Assembly (NCBI GenBank): GCA_021794075.1
Contig: JAJYRM010000005.1
Location: forward strand, 6,620-70,619
Direction of reading: 5' to 3'
Length of the DNA: 64,000 nt
Source of the DNA: Bacteroidota bacterium
GTDB lineage: Bacteria > Bacteroidota > Ignavibacteria > Kryptoniales > JAKASW01
Both the position numbers and the translations under genes were made by a program. A model generated the notes under the pieces. It was not told where the DNA came from. It did no database searches and worked only from the letters and a program-made list of their open reading frames with translations. This document shows positions 17,531 through 25,079 of this stretch, in pieces (position 1 is the stretch's first letter; each line of letters begins with the position of its first letter).

Positions 17531-20239
17531 TCAGCTCTCCCTGTCTTTATCTTTGTCTTTCTCATCGTCATCGCTCCCTTTGGGATTTTCTCCGTTCTCT
17601 ACAACGATGTCTCCTGCCTTTTCTTCTTCGCTTAGTATCCTGTCTAATTCCACCGGATGCTCTTCTTCCATCTCCTCTTCGGTGATCGTTCCGAACAGCC
17701 AGGAAAGGTTCATTGGATAGACATCAGGGTTAAAGATTGAGAAGTACATATGCCACACGAGAATCGCGAGGGTCGCTAGAATCGCTTCATAATAATGCAC
17801 GAGTGTCGCTACATCGATCCCGAGAAGAGTGAATCTCCCTACAGTGAAGGTATTGAACCAGAGAAGAAGTCCGGTAAGGACCATCACGGTTGTCCCCCAG
17901 ATGAGCGCCCAGTATTCCGCTTTCTCGATGTAGCTGAACCTATCGAATCGCGGTCGCTTATCGGAAATTCCGAGGTAATACTTCACCGCGTCCCTGACGT
18001 CGGCCGCGTCTTTCAAATTCGGGAGCATGTCTTTGATAAACTGCCTCCCGCGTTGAGTGAAGATTACATAGTACACGTGGTATAACGCCGTCACAATCAT
18101 GATGACTGCGCTGATGCGGTGGATCAGACCACGCAACTCAAACACTCTCTCGCCTCCGCCTCCGATTTCACGGATTAGTCTCACCCACCATGAATCCGGG
18201 AATTTCAACATAAACCCCGTGAAGACAAGAAGAGTGAAGCTCACGAGCAGCCCCCAATGCTGCAGACGTTCGGCCTTGGTCATCCTCACATAGAGTTTCT
18301 TTCCAACATGCTTAAGTTCGGCGGACGGATCTCTTCTGAGTTTCAGTTTCGCCTTCGACTTCTTCACGAAATCGAATACGTTGTGTATCAGCATCATACC
18401 GATAACGCCGAAGATGAGCACCGCGTAGATCTGTGAAATCCAGAAGAGCAGCGGCTGATTGGTCGGCGTGGGAGCGATGTGTACAGGGAACGAAGCAAAT
18501 TTAGCATCGGCTCCAGGATGACACTTACCACATGTCTTGGCAATATTCGCTTTGTTAATTGGAGAATTAGGATCGGACGAAGGTAGTATTTCATGAGCGC
18601 CGTGGCAGCTCGCGCAATTGGCAACGGTCGTCATTCCCCCCTGTTTCGCAAGTCCGTGATAGCTGTCGAGATAACTTCCCACTGCGTGAGCGGGAAGGCC
18701 GTATCTGCTGGTGAGCCTGACTGAACCGTGGCAATGCGAACATGTCTGGACGATGTTGTTCTTGGAAACCGTCGATTGAGGATTGTTCGGAGCAAGTATC
18801 TGATGGTCGCCGTGGCAACTGGTGCACACGGGAGCGCTGTTGTTGCCGTTTTCCATGGCCTTGCCGTGAATCCCGGCCATGTAACGCTTCTCGATCCCAG
18901 AGTGACACCCGCTTTGACCGCAAGTAGCAGGGATATTATTCCTGAATATTCTGGATTTCGGATTTCCCGCGGGAAGCATACTGTGGGCGCCGTGACAATC
19001 GCTGCACGTGGCAGCCTTTAGATTTCCCTTTTCGAGCGCGACGAGATGGACGCTATATTTAATGCTCTCAAGGAACGGACGCGACACACCCACCATCTTA
19101 AAGACAGTCTTGTTATCCAAATGGCAACGCAGACATGTCTTGGGCTCATTCTGCCTGCTCACCGGCGATTCGGGATTGCTGACGGAAACAACGTTGTGAT
19201 CGTTATGACAATCCGTGCAAACCGGAGCAACCGCGAGCCTTTCCTTGTAAGCTTTTCCATGGGAAGACTCCAGGTAGTCAGCCGCTTGCTTCTGGTGACA
19301 TTTGGCACAAGTCGATACAATATTCAACCTGTTGACTGGCGAAGCTGTGTCGCTGGCCGCAAGCATGGAGTGCGAACCATGACAGTCCACACAGGTCGCC
19401 CCCTTGCCGGTTTTCCTGAGCGACTCAACATGAATGCTGTGTTCGTAGGAGTCGACAAATGACGTCATAGGCTTGCCGTTGGCCGCCTTCATCCCCTGGA
19501 AGAGCTTCGGATTAGAGTGACACTTGTAGCAAGCTTCCGAAACATTCTTCTTGGATACATGGGGATCGTGAGCGCTATGGCATGAAACACAAGTCACCGT
19601 GCCTTCGTCAAAAGCCTTCTTATGCACGCTATGGTTAAGATCAGAGGCAACACCTTTGTGGCACTGCATGCAAAGCGAGTCGATCTTCACTCCCTGCAAC
19701 GAAGCGACAGTCTTCACGTCATGAGCCTTGCCATGGCACGTCACGCACGTGAACGGCTCCTTGCCGACGGTTGCCTTCGCATGCGCCGACTGGAGAAACA
19801 CCTTCTTTGAAGCGTGACACGATATACACTTTGCGTCTACTACGATTTTGCTGGCAGGCTTGATATCATGCGTGCCGTGACAGCTCCAGCATTTCACCGA
19901 AGAATGCGCCAAATGGTAATTCGCGCCCTTGGGCGCTAGAAGATTGACGCTGTGACACTGGTCGCAGTCAACGTTTGGAGAGGTCTGTTTGTGAGGCACA
20001 TCATCGGCGCTGAATCCTTGATGACAGTCCGTGCAAGCGACCCCCGCGTCTCCGTGTACCGAGGAACTGAAGATGGCAGGATTGACGTACAGACTGATTG
20101 TCTTCCCATCCTTCTGCATTGTCAAAGTGGAATCGGAGTGACACGCAAGGCAATCGTCGTTTGAGCTGGCAAAAATAGGTCGTGCGAAAAGCGAATTTAA
20201 AAGAATAATGGTAAGTAATGAGAGTAATCTAATTTTCAT
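17531..20239 (-). CDS. Multihaem c-type cytochrome (18 CXXCH + 1 CX4CH) fused to an FdnI/HydC-type cytochrome b membrane domain (CbcL-like quinol oxidoreductase candidate)
   Basis: Signal peptide MKIRLLSLLTIILLNSLFARPIFA. I counted 19 haem motifs, including five tandem paired-CXXCH modules. The C-terminal ~300 aa has 5 hydrophobic helices with ERLQHWGLLVSFTLLVFTG, LIHRISAV..LYHVYY and LVHYYEAI..VWHMY, the His pattern of PF01292-type dihaem b. Confidence 0.85.
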   Translation of the reverse strand: MKIRLLSLLTIILLNSLFARPIFASSNDDCLACHSDSTLTMQKDGKTISLYVNPAIFSSSVHGDAGVACTDCHQGFSADDVPHKQTSPNVDCDQCHSVNLLAPKGANYHLAHSSVKCWSCHGTHDIKPASKIVVDAKCISCHASKKVFLQSAHAKATVGKEPFTCVTCHGKAHDVKTVASLQGVKIDSLCMQCHKGVASDLNHSVHKKAFDEGTVTCVSCHSAHDPHVSKKNVSEACYKCHSNPKLFQGMKAANGKPMTSFVDSYEHSIHVESLRKTGKGATCVDCHGSHSMLAASDTASPVNRLNIVSTCAKCHQKQAADYLESSHGKAYKERLAVAPVCTDCHNDHNVVSVSNPESPVSRQNEPKTCLRCHLDNKTVFKMVGVSRPFLESIKYSVHLVALEKGNLKAATCSDCHGAHSMLPAGNPKSRIFRNNIPATCGQSGCHSGIEKRYMAGIHGKAMENGNNSAPVCTSCHGDHQILAPNNPQSTVSKNNIVQTCSHCHGSVRLTSRYGLPAHAVGSYLDSYHGLAKQGGMTTVANCASCHGAHEILPSSDPNSPINKANIAKTCGKCHPGADAKFASFPVHIAPTPTNQPLLFWISQIYAVLIFGVIGMMLIHNVFDFVKKSKAKLKLRRDPSAELKHVGKKLYVRMTKAERLQHWGLLVSFTLLVFTGFMLKFPDSWWVRLIREIGGGGERVFELRGLIHRISAVIMIVTALYHVYYVIFTQRGRQFIKDMLPNLKDAADVRDAVKYYLGISDKRPRFDRFSYIEKAEYWALIWGTTVMVLTGLLLWFNTFTVGRFTLLGIDVATLVHYYEAILATLAILVWHMYFSIFNPDVYPMNLSWLFGTITEEEMEEEHPVELDRILSEEEKAGDIVVENGENPKGSDDDEKDKDKDRES

Positions 20240-20595
20240 CTGGCGGTGTCACTCTTTTCGTGTATCGCGGTCTGACATGACGGACATAATCTAGCCGTGA
20301 GATTTGATTCTAGAACTTCGGAGGGGATCTCATGCCTGCATATAACACATTGCCCGTAGATACCTTTCTCTATTCGCCGAAGAGCAAAGGCGATCTCGTT
20401 TAGCTCAGGGCAGTCAAACCTCGCTGCTTCCTGGAGAACGAGTTCCTTTCCCCCATCGACAGAGACTCCATGCTTTGCCAAGAGAATGTCGCGAAGCTTC
20501 TGAACCACAAGCTTTTCGTATTTGGAAAGTTCTTCTGATTTCATTTTAGAATGTCTGTGTTCAAGCTGTGTGCCGATTGCTTCAAAAAGAGGCAT
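20236..20595 (-). CDS. DksA/TraR-family C4 zinc-finger protein (paralogue B)
   Basis: YGQCVICRHEIPSEVLESNLTARLCPSC is CxxC-x17-CxxC. The stop overlaps the start of the 902-aa cytochrome as ATGA (20236-20239). The start is ATG 20595; the track ORF begins one codon earlier at TTG. Confidence 0.75.
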   Translation of the reverse strand: MPLFEAIGTQLEHRHSKMKSEELSKYEKLVVQKLRDILLAKHGVSVDGGKELVLQEAARFDCPELNEIAFALRRIEKGIYGQCVICRHEIPSEVLESNLTARLCPSCQTAIHEKSDTAR

Positions 20596-20600
20596 CAAAG

Positions 20601-20619
20601 ATAGCCTAAATCAGGCTAT
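20601..20619. promoter_or_regulatory. Inverted repeat ATAGCCT-N5-AGGCTAT immediately upstream of the first gene of the cytochrome operon
   Basis: It has perfect 7-bp arms and lies 6 nt upstream of the start codon. It could be an operator or a 5'-UTR hairpin. Confidence 0.3.
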
Positions 20620-20952
20620 ATTGGCCCAATTCAACAATCGAGGAAGTCAGGCTTCAAAATTCTGTGGTTTTATGGCCCATCGTGAGCAAAGTTTCCACAC
20701 CCGTAAAAAGGAGGCTGCCGCCAGGCAACTTTTGAAATCGTCTGGCAGCAGCAGGAGGAGGAAAGAGGAGATCTTTCTCTTGAAACAAAGAAAATTTTTG
20801 GGCTGCCGAGATATGGCAGTGCCTTCCCCTGAGCGAGTAGCATTTAAATAAATCAGCAGCCCAAAACCATTTTGCTCTATAGCAAGCTCGCAGTAACCAC
20901 GTTGCAACTACCGCATGAGCAACGTCGGCACGCTGGGAAGAATAAAACCTAT

Positions 20953-21351
20953 TCAGGCAGGTTGGTCTTCCAACCCATTATCCATGGGCTGAATGGACCG
21001 ACGAGTCTTCTCAAGCGTCTGCTTTATAGTGTTGCTCAATTGCCTGAGGTTCAGCGGGCGATCCTTCACCAGAACAGCCTCAGTTTCCACATCCGCATAA
21101 TCCTCATCGCAACACTGCACAATAAGCACAGCAGGTTTTGTCCTTTTCAAATTGTCAAACCATTTTCTCGACCGACTCGGATTTCTTGTCGGTGCAAGTA
21201 TAATGAGAGCAAGGTCGCCTGAATCGGAACTGTCAGATAAAACTCGTCTCGTCTCATAACCTTCTTTGTCGAGGAATTTGTCAAGCAACTCGTACATAGC
21301 CTCTTCATCCGTGACTATTCCGACAGGTACCTTTTGTTCTTCTTTTCTCAT
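20953..21351 (-). CDS. Stand-alone receiver-like (pseudo-receiver) protein
   Basis: Receiver-fold pattern is present (VGIVTDEE / DLALIILAP / PAVLIVQCC / VLVKDRP). The position of the phospho-acceptor Asp reads IILAP, with no Asp. The family assignment is by eye only. Confidence 0.45.
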   Translation of the reverse strand: MRKEEQKVPVGIVTDEEAMYELLDKFLDKEGYETRRVLSDSSDSGDLALIILAPTRNPSRSRKWFDNLKRTKPAVLIVQCCDEDYADVETEAVLVKDRPLNLRQLSNTIKQTLEKTRRSIQPMDNGLEDQPA

Positions 21352-21365
21352 TATGCATACTATTA

Positions 21366-21381
21366 GTCAATCATCGTGCCG
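21366..21381 (-). promoter_or_regulatory. Sigma54-like -24/-12 element CGGCACG-ATGA-TTGAC (imperfect)
   Basis: The minus strand reads CGGCACGATGATTGAC. The GG-N10 spacing is correct, but the -12 dinucleotide is GA rather than GC and a C replaces the T 5' of the GG. It ends 14 nt before ATG 21351, which would give a near-leaderless mRNA. Confidence 0.3.
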
Positions 21382-21831
21382 ACTGAAAAGTCAGGCGAGG
21401 GAGCAAAAATGCTTTTAACTTCAAACGAATTTGAGGCACGACCGAATTAGATGGTTTGAATTGCGTCATTTTACCTGAACCTCATGGAGGAATAATTCCG
21501 CATTTCTTCGAAAGCCGCCCCCGCGAGGATGAGGATGCCCGGGTGACAGATTTCAAAGAGTATTTGAAGTGCGGCATGAGGACTCTACTTCAAAAGCAGC
21601 GCGCCTTTCCGGCCGATAAGCATTCGTGGTATGGCGACAAACCTTGATGTCAGATTGAGGATTCGTTCGCTTCGCCTGGTGACCAGATCTCTCGCGCAAT
21701 ACCACCCTGCGCTAGAGTACTGCGAATCAGAATGCGGTTTGTGCCCCAACTTACGTTTGAGAAATCCCCCATAACATTGAAAATTACTCCACAGTTTGTA
21801 AACTTAAGTAGATAAGAGACAATTCAATCGC

Positions 21832-23700
21832 ATGTTCAGCACACTTAGAGCAAAGGTAGCGGCGGGCTTTACAGTCCTCGTGATAATAAACGTCATCGTG
21901 AGCGTATGGTCGATCTACAATTTCGACCAGCTTACGCAGGCGATCACAAAGATGATCAAACAGAACTACCAGAACGTCATAGCGACCCAGAACATGCTTA
22001 TGGACCTCGAACGCGACAATAGCGCGCAGCTCGTGATGCTAAACGGTTACGTCGATCTAGGATACAAACAGTTCCAGGATAACCACAGCGACTTCTTCAT
22101 TTGGTACCAGCAGGCTGTGAACTCGAACGTGTCCCAGCGGGGCATGCAGATCTTAAATAATATTAAGAAAAACTACGCCGAGTTCGCCGCTGCCACCGAT
22201 TCATTGCGTGATGTCCTGATGACCCACGGCCAGGTGTATGCGCAGGATTTCCACTATCGGAACGTTCTACCTCTCTCAAACCAGATCAAGGACGGCTGCT
22301 TCCAACTCCTGGACATGAATCACAACGCGATGGTGGCCACGGACACGAAAGCGAGCGACATTTCCAACCAAGCCACCGTAGCAGTACTCGGGGCGGCTCT
22401 CCTGGCTATTGTCCTGAGCATCGTCGCAAGCTGGCAATTTTCACAATATATTCTGGAGCCCGCCGAGAAACTCACCGATACCGTTAGAAAACTCGGAAGG
22501 GGTTACCTCGACGTGCGGGCCACCATCAACTCCAACGACGAGATCGGAGAACTCGCCCGCGAATTCAATCGTATGGCGGAACGTCTTAAGAAATACGACG
22601 AGCTAAATATCGAGAAGCTCATTTCCGAAAAGCGGAAATCCGAAGCTATCGTCGGGACAATTTCAGATCCAATTGTGGTTGCGGACCGTGACGGCAAGAT
22701 CGTATTGATGAACCAACTTGCCGAAAACATTTTCGACGTGTCAGAGGAGGCTTCAATTGGAGAGCAGTTCCAGAGTGTCATCAAGAACACCGACCTCAAC
22801 AAGTACGTAAAGCGTTACCTTGACGGCGAAAACTCAGTGAACATCCCACCTTATTTCCAGCTCCGCTTCAACGGCGAAGACAGGTACTTCAGGATAAAAT
22901 TGAATTCGTCAACGGACGCGGCGGGCAAGGTCGCCGGCGTCATACTCATTCTCCAGGATGTGACCCAGTTCAAAGAACTTGACAAGATGAAATCGGATTT
23001 CATGGCGAGAGTCTCGCATGAATTCAGGACCCCGCTTACTTCGATTAACATGACGCTCGATATTTTGAAAGACGCACACATAGGTCATGTCAACAAAAGG
23101 CAACACGAACTCCTCGTTGCCGCAAAGCAAGACGCTGAGAGATTGACTAAGCTCGTTCGGGAATTACTGGAGCTTTCCCGCCTCGAGTCAGGAAAGATCC
23201 AGCTCAAGGAAGACAAGATAGACACAAAGTCGCTGATCGATTTTTCAGTTCAGCCTGTACTCCTCCAATTCACCGATAAGAGCGTGCAACTCGTAGTAAA
23301 CGCGGACGACACGATCCCGGAATTTGTCGCCGATTTTCAGCAGCTCTCTTGGGTGGTTTCAAACCTTGTGACAAACGCGCTCAGGTTCACGGACCCCGGC
23401 GGCAGTGTCACCGTTGATGCCACGAGCGACGGAGAAGATCTCATCGTTGCCGTCAGAGACACAGGTTGCGGCATAGAACCTGCCGAGATGGAAAAAGTAT
23501 TCGACAAATTCGTACAGGTCCAGGACTCCTCCAACCCTTCGCCCGGCTCGGTCGGCCTCGGTCTTTCGATAGCTAAGGAGATTGTCGAGCTTTATGGCGG
23601 TAGAATATGGGTCGACAGCAGGGTTGGCTCCGGAAGCGTGTTCACGTTCTCCATTCCCATCAAAAAGCGTATGTATCACGAAAGAGCAATTTCCGCATGA
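21832..23700 (+). CDS. Sensor histidine kinase (TM, four-helix-bundle-type periplasmic sensor, TM, HAMP, PAS, HisKA, HATPase)
   Basis: HAMP NDEIGELAREFNRMAERL, PAS segment ISDPIVVADRDGKIVLMNQLAENIF, H-box VSHEFRTPLTSI, G-box GSVGLGLSIAKEIV. Confidence 0.9.
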   Translation: MFSTLRAKVAAGFTVLVIINVIVSVWSIYNFDQLTQAITKMIKQNYQNVIATQNMLMDLERDNSAQLVMLNGYVDLGYKQFQDNHSDFFIWYQQAVNSNVSQRGMQILNNIKKNYAEFAAATDSLRDVLMTHGQVYAQDFHYRNVLPLSNQIKDGCFQLLDMNHNAMVATDTKASDISNQATVAVLGAALLAIVLSIVASWQFSQYILEPAEKLTDTVRKLGRGYLDVRATINSNDEIGELAREFNRMAERLKKYDELNIEKLISEKRKSEAIVGTISDPIVVADRDGKIVLMNQLAENIFDVSEEASIGEQFQSVIKNTDLNKYVKRYLDGENSVNIPPYFQLRFNGEDRYFRIKLNSSTDAAGKVAGVILILQDVTQFKELDKMKSDFMARVSHEFRTPLTSINMTLDILKDAHIGHVNKRQHELLVAAKQDAERLTKLVRELLELSRLESGKIQLKEDKIDTKSLIDFSVQPVLLQFTDKSVQLVVNADDTIPEFVADFQQLSWVVSNLVTNALRFTDPGGSVTVDATSDGEDLIVAVRDTGCGIEPAEMEKVFDKFVQVQDSSNPSPGSVGLGLSIAKEIVELYGGRIWVDSRVGSGSVFTFSIPIKKRMYHERAISA

Positions 23701-25010
23701 AAGCCAACGTCCTTCTCGTAGATGACGAGCAAAATATACTTCGTACCGTAACAATCTGTCTCGAGTCCATCGGGCTCGAGGTGACCGCAACTCCAAAACC
23801 TGAGGAAGCGTTAAAGCTCGCCTCCGAGAGACATTTCGATATTGCTTTCTTCGACCTTAAGATGTATCCGGTGGACGGCCTTGAACTCCTCGCCCACATG
23901 AAGAGGTATTCGCCCGATACGATAGTTGTCATCGTGACTGCTCACGGATCTGTGGATACTGCCGTGCAGGCTATCAAACAGGGCGCGTATGACTATCTTC
24001 AGAAGCCTTTCGATTTTCAGGAACTCCAGCACTTCGCCCAGAAAGTGTATGACCATTTCCTTCTTCAGAAGCAGCTGAAAGACCTGAAAGAGGAGCTTCA
24101 TAAATACCAGGCGGCAGAAGAGATAATAACCGCGGACCCTCAGGTGCTTTCCCTTCTCAATCTCGCGAGAGAGGTGGCCGATACCAACATCAGCGTGTTG
24201 ATTGAAGGAGAGAGCGGAACGGGAAAAGAACTACTCGCGAAGTACATTCACAAGTCGAGCGCTCGTGCAGACGCACCATTTGTTACCGTCAACTGTGCCG
24301 CTCTCTCCGAAAGCCTTCTCGAGAGCGAACTATTCGGCCACGTCAAGGGCTCTTTTACAGGCGCGGTCAGAGACAGACAAGGGAGGTTTGAGATGGCCGA
24401 TACTGGGACGGTTTTCCTCGACGAGATAACCGAGATCCCGACCACGACGCAGGCCAAGCTGCTTCGCTTCCTGCAAGGGCGGGAATTCGAGCGCGTCGGC
24501 GACTCTCAGACCATGAAGGTCGATGTCAGATTCATTGCGGCGACAAACCGCGATCTAAAAGCTTCCCTCTCATCCGGAACGTTCAGGGATGACCTGTATT
24601 ACAGAATAAACGGCGTGACCATAAAACTCCCTCCCCTTAGAGAACGCCCGGACGACATTCCACTTCTCATCAAGCACTTCATACAAAAGTTCGGCGGGGA
24701 GAATCCTCCTGAGATTGGGCCCGACGCCTTCGGAATACTGGCCAATTACCGTTGGCCTGGTAATATCCGGCAGTTGGAGAATGTGATAGAGCGTTCGGTT
24801 CTTCTGGCTCACGGAAAGAAAATAGAGGTACACCATCTTCCGGAAGAGATCCGGCAGCTTGAGGGTAAGCGCCTCGTTTCGCTCGAAGAGCTGGAGAAGG
24901 AACATATCTCAAGGGTAATTCAGCAAACCGCTACTGTCGATGAGGCCTCGCACGTGCTCGGGATAGACCCGGCGACTCTCTGGCGAAAACGGAAGAAGTA
25001 CGGGCTTTAA
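23697..25010 (+). CDS. Sigma54-dependent response regulator (NtrC family: REC + AAA+ + Fis HTH)
   Basis: Start ATG 23697 (MKANVLLVDDEQN) is in an ATGA overlap with the kinase stop. Motifs are Walker A GESGTGKE, GAFTGA variant KGSFTGAV, and C-terminal HTH ASHVLGIDPATLWRKRKKYGL. Confidence 0.9.
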   Translation: MKANVLLVDDEQNILRTVTICLESIGLEVTATPKPEEALKLASERHFDIAFFDLKMYPVDGLELLAHMKRYSPDTIVVIVTAHGSVDTAVQAIKQGAYDYLQKPFDFQELQHFAQKVYDHFLLQKQLKDLKEELHKYQAAEEIITADPQVLSLLNLAREVADTNISVLIEGESGTGKELLAKYIHKSSARADAPFVTVNCAALSESLLESELFGHVKGSFTGAVRDRQGRFEMADTGTVFLDEITEIPTTTQAKLLRFLQGREFERVGDSQTMKVDVRFIAATNRDLKASLSSGTFRDDLYYRINGVTIKLPPLRERPDDIPLLIKHFIQKFGGENPPEIGPDAFGILANYRWPGNIRQLENVIERSVLLAHGKKIEVHHLPEEIRQLEGKRLVSLEELEKEHISRVIQQTATVDEASHVLGIDPATLWRKRKKYGL

Positions 25011-25079
25011 CAGGACAACATATTTCGACAGACGCATTGATCGTTAAATTAGGCGTCGAAGAAATTTGAGACGCTATCC

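Noticed and set aside
13283-20164. Many plus-strand ORFs (e.g. 13717-14286, 16555-17073) and numerous TGGCAC/GTGCCA-like strings inside the cytochrome genes that superficially resemble sigma54 -24 boxes.
   Set aside because: The ORFs are antisense to genes with dense CXXCH motifs. The TGGCAC-like strings are the reverse complement of Cys/His codon runs (…TGC CAC…), lie within coding sequence on the wrong strand, and lack a properly spaced TTGC.
20622-20680. The direct repeat TGGCCCA (20622-20628 and 20673-20679) and purine-rich GGAGGAGGAAAGAGGAG tracts upstream of the cytochrome operon. I also searched this region for a sigma54 promoter.
   Set aside because: The repeats are short enough to occur by chance. 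No GG-N10-GC arrangement with recognisable -24/-12 cores was found on the operon strand in 20596-20952.
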